Origin: Camelus dromedarius
Taxonomy: Eukaryota
Reading direction: 5' to 3'
Length of the DNA stretch: 64,000 nucleotides
NCBI RefSeq assembly: GCF_036321535.1
Contig: NC_087436.1
Span: forward strand, 120,034,001 to 120,098,000
Both the position numbers and the translations under genes were made by a program. Shown here piece by piece: positions 25,376 through 38,308 of the stretch; position 1 is the stretch's first letter, and every line of letters begins with the position of its first letter. The notes beneath the pieces were generated by a model. The model was given only the letters and a program-made list of their open reading frames with translations, ran no database searches and had not been told where the DNA came from.

Positions 25376-26202
25376 AGGGGACCCCTCCGGGCCACGAGGG
25401 CAAGGGCAGAACCAGGGGTCTTCCAGATCCTTCAAGTCTGGGGCTGGTGGCTTCTTGTTTACACGGTCCCTGACTCAGGACCATCGGTCCCGTGAGCCGG
25501 GAACAGTCCTCGTGGAATGGCAGGTGCTACCACGCTGCTCAGGGAGGCGGTAAGCAGAGGCCCCCCCAGGCATGTCCTCCCGAGGCCCTGGACCGGCAGC
25601 CGCGGGGACCGCCATCCTTCTGAGGGCCTCCTTCCCCAGCACCTCTGCACCCACCCGTGCAGAAGGGTGACACCTGACACCCACCTGGGCTGATAGGTTC
25701 CCTTCTGAACACCCCTTGTGAGTTGCCAACCAGCTGGGCGCCCCAGAGGCCAGCTGCTCCCCTGCACATGATCCAGCAACGGCACCTCCCGGGGCTTCTC
25801 CGCCTCGGGTGTGGGGTCACTCGCCTGCCTGGGTCACCTGTCCTGTCCCCATCTTGTCCTCTTCTTGGTCTTCTACCTCCAAGAAGCCTTTTCTGATGAC
25901 GTCCGGGCTTGGGGGCCTCCTGGAACATCCCTGGGTTTCCCCAACTCCATGGTCCGGACTGAACTGAACCTCTCTGAGGGCAGGGCCCCGTCTGGGTCAC
26001 CTCGCGTCCCATTGTAGGTTCTTGGTGAGAGCTGGCTGGTGGCCAGCATTCCCATTTTATGGCTGAGGCGACTGAGGCCAAGCAAGGCTGAGTGGCCCTC
26101 CCAGGCCCACGGCACAAGAGAGTTGGGGTGGACGTCTGTCCGGCTGTCCTGCTCCCCCGGATGGGTCTCTGAGGCCCCCACACCCCCTCTCTGTGCTTTC
26201 AG

Positions 26203-26302
26203 AGGCTCACGGCCATCCAGCAGGCGCTGAACGCACAGAAGATCAGCTTCCTTCTGCGAGGTGGGGTCCGGGTCCTGGTGGCCATGAGGGACGTGGACAC
26301 AG
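26203..26302 (+). CDS. SORCS2: SORCS2 coding exon (~24): RLTAIQQALNAQKISFLLRGGVRVLVAMRDVDT
   Basis: gctttcag acceptor, AG|gtgaga donor; 100 nt. Confidence 0.93.
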
Positions 26303-26882
26303 GTGAGAGGCCTGGCCTGGGCTCGCCCTGCAGGGTGGGTGCGCGTGCGTCCCGGCCCCTCGGACAATGCCCGTCACTGTGGGGGGGAGCAGAGGGCCCC
26401 CTCCGCAGCCCACATGCTCCTCCTGGCTGGGTGGTCGCCCCGGTTGAAACCCGGCCAGACTGAAGGGCCCCACTGTCCCTCCTGGCAGAGGCAACACGGA
26501 GCTTTTGTTTTCGTTTGTCTCTGCCCCCGCCCCCATGGACTGTCCTCCCCTCTGCGGGGCAAGGAGCTTCGCAGAAGCTGCAGGGCTGCCTTCTGCTCCT
26601 GTGAAGAGCCCTGCCCGCACAGTGCAGGTCTGGGCGGAGGAGTTCCGGCCGTCGCAGGCGTGTGGCCAGGGCTGGGGTTTACACAGCGGGAGACCTGGGG
26701 GCCAGGGCGGGGTTTCCTCCAAGGCCGCAGCTGCAGAGCGTGACCCCTCATCCTGTAAAATCTGCCCACACTTCCCAGCCACACCCAGGCCTGAAGAACC
26801 TGCCAGATCAGGGGAGCCGTCCTCCCAGCTAGGGAGGCCGCGGGGTGCCACGGTGACCGCTAACGGCCTGCTTTGTTCTCAG

Positions 26883-26985
26883 ATTCTCCGAGGCTGGGAG
26901 GAGGTGGCGGCTACTGGGCGGTGGCAGTCCTCTTTGTCATCGGGCTCTTCGCGGTGGGGGCCTTCATCCTCTACAAGTTCAAAAG
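26883..26985 (+). CDS. SORCS2: SORCS2 coding exon (~25), transmembrane: DSPRLGGGGGYWAVAVLFVIGLFAVGAFILYKFKR
   Basis: TM helix followed by basic stop-transfer residues; ttctcag acceptor; GC donor AAAAG|gcaagg needed to keep frame; 103 nt. Confidence 0.92.
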
Positions 26986-27149
26986 GCAAGGCTTCCCTCC
27001 CTGGGCTGATCTTGAGCCTTGGGCTCAACTTCCCAGCAGGGCCTCAGAGGGTCGTGAGGGCCTGTGGTGGGCTGTGGGTGGGGAGGGGCCTTGTCTGGAC
27101 CCCTCCCTGGTTCCATCCTCCTCTCTTCTCCACCCACTGAGGCCACGCC

Positions 27150-27250
27150 CATTTGACGGATGAGGAAACCCAGGCTCAGAGAGGTTAAACAACGTGCCCA
27201 GGGCCACAAAGCTGAGGAGGAAGGAGTAGGGGTCCGACCTCGGGCTGTGC
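27150..27250 (-). mobile_element. MIR SINE fragment
   Basis: gatgaggaaacccaggctcagagaggttaaacaacgtgcccagggccaca. Confidence 0.7.
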
Positions 27251-29471
27251 CCCTCCACGCTTTCTCCATCACTCGTCCACCCCGTCTCCCTGAGAGCTCC
27301 TGCATCCAGACAGAGGGGCTGCACAAGGACCCCCAGGGTGGGAGGGGCGGGGTAGCAAGTCATCAGGAGGGGTTGCAGTGCCTCTCTTCCCCTCTGACCT
27401 TGGTCTGCATCTGTAAAATGGGTTTAGTAACCCACTGTGCTGGAACTACTTGTGGGCACCTCCAAGGGGCTGGTGAATTTGAACTCACCTGGATTCTGGA
27501 CCTGGGAATGAGCATAACAGCCAAGCAGTGTCACCAGACTTACTTCCTGCAAAATGCAGTGGCGAGATCTGACCCCACTGTTTCTCCCCGTCTTGCTGGT
27601 TCAGCTCCAGCGGCCTCAGGGTCTCCCTGGGCGAGCGCGCCCTTGGGGACAATGGAGAAACTCAGCTCATTCTCTACTCCATGCTCCTCTGAGGCCAAGG
27701 GTCCCTCCTCCAGCCCACTCTTCCCTCAGCCCTGGACCCTTCTGGGGCTCTGTCCTCAAGCACCCTTGACTCTGAGTAACAGCCCCCAACCTGTGGGGCA
27801 GCCCAGACGGCCGTAGGTCTGGGTCAGCATCGAAGACCCCATTCTACCCGCTGCTGACCAGCTCTGTGGCCCCTGCCATTCTCTTCCCCTCCCTGAGCCT
27901 CAGTTTCCTCATCTGTAAAAGAGGACTAAGTAGGGGGGAGGGGAGGGGTGGGGGGGCAGGAGCAGACGCAGCCCCCCAGCCCCTGCAGGCACCCTACGAT
28001 GCCCTCCTCCCTTGTCACCACGCGTCTGAGACCCAGCTCAGGCTCGGCCGACGCAGGCCCCGGGTGTGGGGGTCCCCAGGGTCTGAGAACAGGTTAGGTG
28101 CCGCCTCCCAGGTCAGAGCCTTATTGGAGGCAATGGCTGGAGGCCAGAGTTGCCCCCTCCCCTGCCCCTTTCTCTTTCTCCTCCGACCTCAGTTTGGGTG
28201 CAGATGCCCATTTGGGCTTCCCCAGGCGCACTTTGAGGGTTGCAGGGCGGCAGGAACTGCCCGGGAAGCGGAAGGCAGGCCTGGCAGGTTGGGGGAATGG
28301 GGCAGGATTTTGGTCTCTTTAAATGGCGTTCTTCAGACCCTCTGAGGGCTGGACTGCAGTTTCCACAAATTGCTTCGGATTTATCGCGTGCAGCATAAAG
28401 GGTCCAGAGGGAAACTGCTGCCATGCATCTGGAGGAGGGGGAAGGAGGAGGAAGGGGAGGACCTTGAGTCAGGCCCAGAAGAGAGAGGGGAGGGTGTAAG
28501 TGGCCAGCCTGGTGCCCCGTGCACTGAGGGCTTAGTACTGAGTTAGTCATTCGGGGGGAGGGGGGAGGTGGAGAGGAGGCGGCTGCCGTGGAAACAGTGG
28601 AGCACAATTATGGGGTAAGTGCGCTCCCCTGGAGCACTAGGTCCCCCAGGGCAGGAGAGCAGAGCAGACAGGAGCTGGGCAGCAGAGAAATGCCCCAGCT
28701 GTCCTGAGGCTTTAGGCTCTGACATGGCCTGTGGAGCCCAGAGAGATGGGCTTTCCTGGTTGGCATATCAGCCGGCATGGGCTGGGCCTGGCTGCATAAG
28801 AACTAGCCCCCAAGTCTCAGAGGTTTACAGCCACCAAGTACCACAGTCCCCTGGGACCAATCACAGCCCCACCCACCCTGGGGCCTGGGTGTGCATCCTG
28901 CCATCTAAATATTTCCAGAAAACTGTCAATGTTTGGTTCTCCCACTAGAGTCTTAGTTCCCACATCTGTAAAATGGGGCCATTTGCTCCAACTAACTGGG
29001 ATGTTGGACATAAAGGAGCCTGGCCCAGGGGGCCCTGAGCCCCATCCCAGCTCTCCTCTCCCTGTGCCCCTGGAGAGGAGGGAACGGGAGGACAACACAG
29101 CCCTGGGACCCAGACAGGACTCAGCAAAGTCCTCTCAGAGCCAGTCAGTGTCCTGTGCTGCCTGGGAACACATACCTGCCAACCCAGCCAGAGCTCAGGA
29201 CGTGGCTTTCCCAGAGGTGCCAGGTGACAGGGACATGAAGGAGGATAAACTACCCTCTCCCTGCAGCGTGCTCTCAGAGGAGACAGATGGACAGTGAGCA
29301 CTCCACTTGCTGGGAGCTCACAGGAGGGAGGGCTTCCTGGAGGAGGTGGCTTGGAGCAGAGGCAGGGCAGGAGACAGACCCAGGAGCTTTGTCAGCACCA
29401 GGCACAGGGGTGGTTTGGGGCCCGCAGGGCAGCGTCCTGGGCAGAGCCCTGAGCCACACCTCTGCCCACAG

Positions 29472-29575
29472 GAAACGCCCCGGCAGGACCGTGTATGCCC
29501 AGATGCACAACGAGAAGGAGCAGGAAATGACCAGCCCCGTGAGCCGCAGCCAGGGCGCGCAGAGCGCCATCCAGG
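29472..29575 (+). CDS. SORCS2: SORCS2 coding exon (~26), cytoplasmic tail: KRPGRTVYAQMHNEKEQEMTSPVSRSQGAQSAIQ (alternative donor extends it to 29617)
   Basis: YAQM tyrosine sorting motif; ccacag acceptor, G|gtgagg donor; 104 nt. Confidence 0.94.
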
Positions 29576-31295
29576 GTGAGGGGTTAATAGATGATGACCT
29601 CCACCCACAGACTCTAGGTAACGCCCGCCCCGAAACCCGCCTCCCTGCCCGCCCGTGTCCCCCCCGCCGCCTTCTGACCTGGGGCCAGGCAGACCCTGCG
29701 ATGTGTCCTCTCTGTCCGACGAGGTGATGACCAGAGCCCTGGGGCTGCTGTGGGGACTAAATCAGACCTGTGGACGCCTGTGTATTGCTGTCCTTCTATC
29801 CTTTCACACCTGTACCTGGTGTCCCTGGAACCGTGAGAGGTGGAAATTGCCATCCTCACCTCTTAAATGGCTGGAGGTGAGGCTCAGAGAGGTGTTGTCA
29901 GTCACCCAGGAGGCACAGCAGGACAGTGGCTGGCCTTGGATCCAAACCCAGGCCGGCCTGGCCCCGAAGCCCGGGTCCCACAGTTTCTCCCGAGAGTGGT
30001 CAAGGAGCAGACCCCCGCCCTTCCTCTGGCTCCCCGACCTTGGTGGGATCCCTGACTGTTGGCACAATGGCCCCATCATCCCTTCCCCCACCAGCCCAGC
30101 TGAGATCCTCAGACCAGTGGATCTGTAGCCCCTCGAACACAATAACCCCTCACTCCACACCAGGAGCAGGCCCAGTGACCCCCAACACGATCTGATGACC
30201 AACCTGGGAGGCAGGCACTGGCCGTGTGTCCGCTTGACAGATGAGACAGCCGAGGTTCAGAACGGCCACTCAACCTCCCCGAGTCCCTCGTGAGGTGGAG
30301 CCAAAGCCTGTGCCCCTCCCCCAGGCTGCAGCCCCAGGCTCAGGGCAGCTCCCTGCACATCCCCAAGGACCCCTCTGCCCCATCCCTCTGCCGCCCCGGG
30401 CAGGGGTGGTTGGAGAGCCTCCGGCATGGCCCGGCCCCCACCTTCATCAGGTGGTGTCACACCCCACATGAGAGGTGGCAGCTGAGGCTCCCTGTGGACC
30501 CAGGCTTCCCAAGCCTGGGCAGAGGGGTGGGCGTCCTGGGAAGACAGGAGTTCCGCTCTCCTGCCCCCGCAGCTGTTTGCTGAGAGCCCCCAAGAGCAAT
30601 AATAGTAATAATAGTGCATTGTTTACTGGAGCACTTGGCCTGCTCCAGGCCCTGCCCAAATCCGCAGGTGCAGTTCCCTGCTGGGCCCCATCACAGTCTT
30701 TCAGAGGAGGCACCATTACTGTCCCCAAGTTACAGATGACAAAACTGAGGCCGCCAGGTGATGGGCCTTAATGAGGGCTCACCCGGCAACTGGGGCTCAT
30801 GACCCCGTACCCCCGCAGCCTCGCTGGATGCTCTCGGCTGCTTCCTCCACCCCTGATGTCAGATCTCAGCCAGGACCCCCAGCTAACCCTGGCGTCTCTG
30901 ACCCTGACTGTGCCCTTCTCTCTCCCGCCGCCTCCCGGGGCCTCGCCTGGCCGTGCCACCCTGCAGCACCCCCCACCAGGGGGGGACCCGGCCCCTCCTA
31001 CATCCCCCTGCTGCCGATGCCCAGGGCGGCCTCCCTGCAGGTCAGTGGGTGTGGTGGGTGGCAGCCTCACCCCCAGTGGCCCTCTGGGTCCACTGCTTGT
31101 GACAACACCGGGAGATCCCACCCTCAGGCACCCGCCCAGGAAGCCCAGAGACCCTCACCACCTCCTCACCTGCGTCCAGGCACGACCCGCGCACACTGGC
31201 TGAGGCCACACTGTGTCCCGCACGGCCCTCCGTCTCTTTCTGGCCCTGCGGCCTAGGGTGGGCGTGTGTTCATGCCCGCGTCTCTGTGTTTCCAG

Positions 31296-31360
31296 GGAAC
31301 CACTCCGGTGTGGTCCTGAGCATCAACTCCCGGGAGATGCACAGCTACCTGGTGAGCTGA
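31296..31360 (+). CDS. SORCS2: SORCS2 last coding exon (~27): GNHSGVVLSINSREMHSYLVS*
   Basis: tgtttccag acceptor, TGA at 31358-31360. Confidence 0.95.
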
Positions 31361-33683
31361 TGCACCAGAGGCCCACGCCCAGAACTCTCTCCAGTCTGTC
31401 GCTTCATCCCCTGCGGAGAGCACAGGACCACACATGCCCCCGGCACTGGGGCTGGGACTGGCACCCCCTCAGAGACCTCGGAAAAGACACCTCCAGCTGC
31501 GCCCACGCAAGGCGACAGATGCCCCCTCTGTCCAGTTAAAGCCCGCCCAGCCCGCGGACACATGCGGACCCGCCGGCTCCCACCCTCCCTGGACACAGGC
31601 CCATGGCGCCGCCCGGCTGCACCCCCCCCCCCAAACCCTGGTCACTCCTCTGTCCTCAGCCACCCTGGCTGCCCACACCACATCACCCCAGCCAAGGCTG
31701 GGCCCAGCTCCTCACGCCGAGGCTGGGCCCCCCTGGAGCCTGGGATAAGAGCCTGCTGGGCTGCCTGCACTCTCAGAACCACAGACCCACCCGGCCCTGC
31801 ACCGCGGGCTCCTGTCCCTGCAGAGGGACACTGCAGCCCTGCTTTCCTCCTCACAAACCCTAGGAAGGCGGCTCCTGCCCGCATGGCGTCTCTCTGCAGG
31901 GCATCCACCCCTCCAGAATCCAGTCCCTCCCGCTGTCCCTCCAGTTTTTAAACTGCAGATAATGTAAATACCTCTCTAGGTAGCTGTTTGCGTTTGGTGG
32001 GGAGGGTTTTTTCAACTTCCTATTTTTATCGCCAGGCAATAGCCCCATTCTCGGGAACCCGTTTCTAGAACACCCAGGGATGCTCCTCAGCCTCTCCTGG
32101 GAGCCTTGTCTCCCGGAGCCCACCGGGCAAAGGCTCTCCCTGGCCCCCACTTTCCCCACCCTCCCTCCCCTTTGGGGGCCCACGGGGGTCCAAGGGAGCC
32201 AGTGCCTGCACTTCTGCAGGCAGCCAGTAGGTGGCGCCCTCGAGCACGTTTCCCGACGGTGGGCCCCGCGTCTTAGTGGGCACGGGGTGGGGGGGGGGGC
32301 GCGGCCTCTGGAAGGGCGGAGTGTTCTGTGCTTCCTCATAGTTTGAGGGGCGCGGGTAGAAACCCAGGAACCAGAAGAGGTTTAGGACGCAGAGCTGGAA
32401 GGGCCACCAGGAGTGTGCCCCTCCTTTTGAAGATGCAGAAACTGAGGCCCAGAGAGGGAGTGACTTTCCCAAGGTCACACAGCAAGACAATTAGCAGAGG
32501 CACCCCAGGAACCAGCCCTCTGCTCCCCGTGCAGTGCGAGTCTGGTCACTCCCAGATGCTTAGATTCAGGGACCCCAGGAGTATACGGGGGCGGGTTTTC
32601 ACCTTTTGCCTTGAAACTGAAAATCAGGACCCCCTGCTCCCCCCACTCCTCTCCCCCAGGCTGGGCTTCCAGGTGGTCGGGGCCTTCCCCTCAGCGGCGG
32701 GGAAACCACAGCCCAGGCTAGGAGCCCGCTGGCCGCGGTGAGTCCAGAATGAAGTCTAGGGGACGCTAACCCACCTCCTTAGAGAAGAAGCAGGGCCTGG
32801 GGGGGGGGGAGGACCCGGGGATGGATCCTCACGCCCAGGGCCGCCCCACACGCAGGAGTCTCTCAGTCTTTGTGGAGTTGGGGGGAGTCCCTGGAGCCCA
32901 GCCCCCTGGGGTCACACGTGGGGACTCAGAGCAACTCTGAGACCAGCTCGCAAGGGGTCACTGCAGGTCACAGGGGCAGGCGCAGAGACATCCCCCTCCC
33001 CACCCTGCCTGCCCCAACCCTGCAGATCACACCTGGCAAGTTGTCCTCAAAACCCTCCTTGGGGAGGGGCTGGGGCAGGGGACCTGAGACCGGAGCTGGG
33101 GGTCTGTGTGGGAAGAGGCTGGATTTTCAGGGCCCTTGCCTGCTCCCTGCCCGCCTGCAGTCTCCAGACACACCTTAGTAAACCTTGTGTCCGGCCGCAC
33201 ACCCAACCCGGCCTGTCTGGTGAGCGGCGGACCAGGGTCAGACGCCCATCAGGACCGTCCGGCACGGAGTCCCTGGGACACAGCCCCCAGCTCGCCTGGG
33301 CCTGCGGGTGGCAACCCCTTGGACCTCCCCAGACCCTCTGCTCCGTCTCTCGCTGTTTGGGTGGGGTTTCTCCTTAGCTCTTTGTATTTTTCTTGTATTT
33401 TATGTTATTATTTCTATTAAAAACCTTTTGGGGGAAGAGTTGGCATCTATAACCTTACACTTTTCCTGCCCTGTAACCATATAGATGGACACGTAGGTCT
33501 GCGGGGTCATCTGGTTACACGTTTGAGGGTCTATCTGACGTGCAGGGACCCCCGGGCACCCGGGCGCGAGCCGGCACCTGCTGTGGGCAGCTGATGTTCC
33601 ATTCCACCAGGTCGAGCCCAGACTCCGTATATGCACATACAGAGAGGCGATCAATTCTTTCTTACTTTTCCTTTTTAAAAATC

Positions 33684-33719
33684 AATAAATAATTTGTGAT
33701 GCTTTTAACAAAGATTAAA
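33684..33719 (+). terminator. SORCS2: SORCS2 polyadenylation signal(s): AATAAA 33684-33689, ATTAAA 33714-33719
   Basis: Canonical hexamers in an AT-rich island ~2.3 kb after the stop, followed by GT/T-rich sequence. Confidence 0.7.
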
Positions 33720-36700
33720 TGAATATGATCAGTGTTTGCCTTATTATAATGCTGTTTGTAAACCTTTCCCTGAACACACACACACCCTGGCCCCAGAACC
33801 TGGGACCAGGGACTCCGAGCAGGGCTGGGAGCAGGAAGGGGGCCATGACACTGACCGTCTCAGTTGCTGGATCCAGAACGTGCCACCTGCAACGTGGTAA
33901 TGTCACCGCGTCCTCACATACTTCCCCCAGCGTGGCTCACTTCCCCCGATGGCCGGCGGAGGGGCCCCGGGGCGCAGCCACGGGCCCGGGGAGGCACGGA
34001 GGCCTCTGCAGCGAGAGGAGCCAGGAGCTGGAGGGCAAGCCCCGTCGTGGTCAGCGGGCGGCCTTTGCCCTGACGGGGAGCCCTCGGGTTTGGGAAAGCT
34101 GCTCCAGGAGGCCCTCTACGTGGCTGCATAGGAAAAAAGAAGGGGCCTGCTCCGCACACCTGGAGTGGCGGCCTTCTGTTTCTGGCTTCGCACTTGGTGT
34201 CTGAGGGGGACGGGGGCAGGTGAGTGTGGCCCGGCTTGGATGTGAGAGCAGCCCGCCACCCCTGCATGCGCGCGCGCACACACACACACACGCATACAGA
34301 CACACAGACATATACCTGCACACTCACACACGCACACACACACACACAACTCACACACTGACACCCCCCCCCCTCCTCTGGGCTGTAATCCATCCTTGCA
34401 GACAGGGTTTAGTGTCAACACCTCAAACACCTCCTCCCAGACCTCAGGCCCCTTGAGCCGGTGCCAGGCCCTGGGCCGGACCCGCGAGTGGACGAGATGA
34501 GACCCCTGGGCCCTGAAGGAGAACCCAGGCCAGTGGGGAAGCTGACAGTGACCACATGGTCCAGCAGGGGCCCAGTGACCCGAACCCATCTTCCATGAGA
34601 GGCACATTTGAGCCGGGCCCGCAGGACCAGGAGGAGGCGGCGGTGAGACAGGCAGGAGTTGGGACCATCCAGGCTGGGATGCCGCCCAGGGGACAGAGAG
34701 GAGTGTGTACATATCTGTGTGCGTGGTGTCTGTGTGTGCGTGTGTGTGAGTGTGATGTGATGTGATGTGTGTAGTGTGTGTGGAGAGACAAGACAGACGT
34801 GGAGGCGGCACCAGCAGTGTGTTTGGAGGACGTCGGAATTGGGCCATTTCCTCTCCCTGTTCTAACCGCCAGGACCCAGGGGGGCGAGAACTCCCTCCTC
34901 TCTGGCTGGCGTCAGCGTGCCGGGGGCTCTTTCGAGGGTCTTCCCCCTGGAAGGGCCGGCAGGTGTGATGAGAGGCTTGCTCCTCCCACGTCGATGCACC
35001 TGGAAACTTTTCCTGTAATGATGGACCAGACTCGGAGAGGGGGCCACGTGGGGGCCACGGGGACCCTGTAGGGGTCACAGCCCTAGGACTGCCCCATGTC
35101 ACAGCCAGTGACAGCTTCCTGTCAGGATGACGAGGACACAAACATGCCCATGTGACCGGCCACAAAGTGCGGGCGCTGTGGCCACACCTTCACTTCTCGT
35201 CAGCAGGGCAGGCGTGAGGGTCCCCTGTCTACAGACCAGGGAACTGAGGCACTTGGAGGGGAAAATCATTTTTAGCCCAAATAAGAGGCTTTGCTCTAAA
35301 CCTCCAGCAAAACCCCAAATTCCTGGAGGACTCAAACTGGCTTTCACCCAAGACACCCAAGTCCAGAGTCATCAGGTAGCAGTGAATCTCAGTGGAACAG
35401 ACAGATTGGAATCAGTGGAGGAAAAACACTTCCTCCAAAGCCGCTGTCCTCAGCCCCGACCCTGCCACTCAAGCAGAAATGGCCAGTCACCGAGGAAGCC
35501 AAGACAATCCTACATCGTCGAAAACAGGTCCCTCCGAGGGCCTGGCGGCCTCCTTCGGGAAGGTGAGCCGTCTCAGGGCTGGAGGGGCACTCGCTGCCTG
35601 TGGGGACCCCCAGAAGAGGCGGTCACCTCATTTCTCAGTTGGCAGGCCCCGAGCCCCATCCGTCAGGCACAGCTGGGGTCCCCCTGCAGGAGATACCCCA
35701 GCAGGTGCTGAGGCTGGTGTCAAAATCAACACCCTTTCTGCGGGGATTTGTGCAAAGTTGAAATCAGGACCCTTCTGAGAAAGCCCCACTGCACCGAGAG
35801 AGAGAAAAGCGGCCCCGACAGGCGGCTCCGGCTGGGCCAGCCCCGTGGGGCCGGGCCTTCTGTCTGCACACACGTCACCAGGCCTCTGTGGCTGCGAGCA
35901 ACGGGCCAGAGCTGAGAGTGTCACACCTGAGCACAGACCGGCCAGAGGTGACCCCAGGCCTTCGCGGCTGAGCGAGTGGGGGCCATGCCTTCACCCGTCA
36001 AGGCTCAGCCTCCTGAGCCCCTCCTTCTAGCCTGGAGCATCGAGCTGCCGGTTCACAGCGGGGCCCCGCTTCCCGACAGCACCTGAGTCGTCCCGAGCCC
36101 CCTCCCGCGGTCCACCCTCTGGCCAGGCCTTCCCAGCCCCTCTGACTGAGCCTCCCCCCAGGGCCGGTGATGCACGCTCTCCCTCACTGCACGAGGACCA
36201 CCCATCTGTCCGGCTACAGGTGTATCCCTGGTAGCATCTTCGGTCCTAAAGTGAGCAGTCTCTGTGCATGGCAGTCACTCTCAGAATAGAAACCTACATC
36301 CCTCGAGCTTTGCATCACAGTATTATATGGAGACTTTTGGTGTGACTGTTTCTCCTAGCCACAGTCCACTGCTCAGGCGGAGGCACGTAGGTGTTCTCAG
36401 GTCACAAAATGGCTGCAGCAGCTCCAGACTGGGCATCATCCTCTTATAAAGTCTAGAGGCTCTGGCCAGGTCACATGGTCATCCCAAAGGAATCCCTAGA
36501 GCTCACTGTCCTTATCTTGAGCCACACGTGCCCCTACCCTCACCCCAAGCCAGAAGTGGGGCCACAACATGTCCCTGAGTTTGGGACAAAGAACCACCGC
36601 AGATGAAGAAGTAAATGCTTGATCTACAGGCTTCACACTAGGCCACGGGGTCAATTCCAGACATGCACATTCAGTGATGGCCTGCTGGATACTCACGACT

Positions 36701-37265
36701 GGTCTGGGGCCTGTGCCCCTCACTCTGCCTTCCAGATTAACATGGAAAACAAGAATGCCTTCAGCATATAAAAGGGCAGCAAGGCGGAGACAGGACACAC
36801 AGCTCGTGAGCGGGAAATACGTGGTCTGAAGGGAGCGCTCCTCATTCAAGAAGAAGTAACTGGGAAGAAACCACCGCAGCGTCAGCGGGGCCAGGAAGAC
36901 AGGCTGCCCTGAGACAGCGGGAGCGCCGCGGCGGGTGCGGGGAGAAGGCACAGGTTGTGGAGGGGAGTTTATTACAGGGGGCTGGAGGAAACTTTAGAAA
37001 TTGTATGCATCGCATCTCGATGTGAAATGCAAGAAACCACACCGTCTTTGAAACAAGATAGTGGCGGTCCCAGCCTGAGTAGGAAGGGGAGTCGCCGGAG
37101 GGAGATGAGGGAGGAAAGTGAAGACGCGAGAACAGAATTAGCATTTACTTGCATTAAGGACAATCAAAAGCAGAAGGTGACTGTGTGACACGGTGTCCCC
37201 ACTGCAGAGAGCGGACTGCACATCTCCAGACATGGGAAAGGGATGAGGGACAAGGATAAAAGCCT

Positions 37266-37967
37266 TGTAAGAGACCAGTGAGCTCACCGTGCAGCAGGCT
37301 TCCTCGGGAATCAACCCCCGCAGACAGCTGAGAACACTCTGAGCCTGCAGCTCCGAAGGCTGACGCAGTAAGTCAGACAGAAATGAGCACCGGGCGGGGT
37401 GGGGGAGGGGAGGAGCAACTCAGAAAATAACAGTCTGTCTGCATTCAGGATAAGGGACTCCAGAAATTTTTACTTTCTCTAAATGAAGGCCAGCAAAAGA
37501 AGCCAGTTAAAATCAAAACGCTGCAGCTGCGCAGAAGAGGACCCGGCGCCACCGGACCCAGGGCTCCTCTCAGTGTCATTAACATCGCAGCGCGAGCCCT
37601 CCCTAGGCTTCTCCGTGTGCTTCCCGCGCAAGAACCCGCCCCGAAGGGGACGGGTGCGCCAGAGCACCAGGGACCCGAGCTGTCGATCAGCCTGATCACT
37701 CAGAGAACCTGAGCCGTTAGTCAGTCAATCAATCAATCAATCACAGACGCGCCCCTAAGCCAGGACACAAGGCGGCAGAACAGGAGCGGCGCCACCTCTC
37801 CTCTCTCGGACGGCCCCTCCCAGCTCTCGGGGGTGTACCATCTTTTACTACCATTTTACTTTCCTAATAAAAATCTTGCTGATATCACGCTGTCTCTGGT
37901 TAAAAATTCTTTTTTTTCCGGGAGACTAAGAACCGAGGTAATTCTCATTTCCCTTTTCCCGGTAACA
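37266..37967 (+). mobile_element. Putative ERV solo LTR (5' boundary uncertain)
   Basis: R/U5-like end gggtgtaccatc...cctAATAAAaatcttgct...aattcttttt...aagaaccgagg...ggtaaCA; internal (TCAA)n; no TSD identified. Confidence 0.6.
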
Positions 37968-38308
37968 GTATCAAGTCCATTCTCTAAGAATTTCAGAATT
38001 TGAACCATAAAGATGAAAAAGTCCTAAAAATTCCCGCCCACCCAGGGATGCCGGAAGAAAAAAGTCCTACAAAGTTCTAAACAGAATGAACAGACTACTT
38101 ACGCGGGGGGGTCAGAAGGGCTCAGACTTCTCTGCTGTTCCGGAGGCGGAGACCGGGGGAGGGGCCGGCGGGGGGCGGGTATGGAGGCGGCTGCTGTGTC
38201 TGAGTGTTAACTCATTTGTGAAGCAGAAGAGCACGCTTAGATTTAAAAGTGTGCAAGAACGTGTGATCTGTGCACTTTCCAAAGTGGGGGAAAGCTGGTA
38301 TGGGATTA

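Larger units (their letters stand above)
2209..33735 (+). other. SORCS2: SORCS2 gene, 3' part (15 coding exons + 3'UTR); 5' exons lie outside the window
   Basis: Exons bounded by AG/GT (one GC) join with consistent phases into 1809 nt = 602 aa + TGA. Peptides match Vps10p-family receptor SorCS2, including the tail KRPGRTVYAQMHNEKEQEMTSPVS...GNHSGVVLSINSREMHSYLVS. 3' end approximate. Confidence 0.97.

Noticed and set aside
34116..35165. 349-aa minus-strand ORF and other long GC-rich ORFs (e.g. 519-1304, 10527-11435)
   Set aside because: Low-complexity Pro/Gly/Arg-rich translations expected in GC-rich DNA; no recognisable domain.
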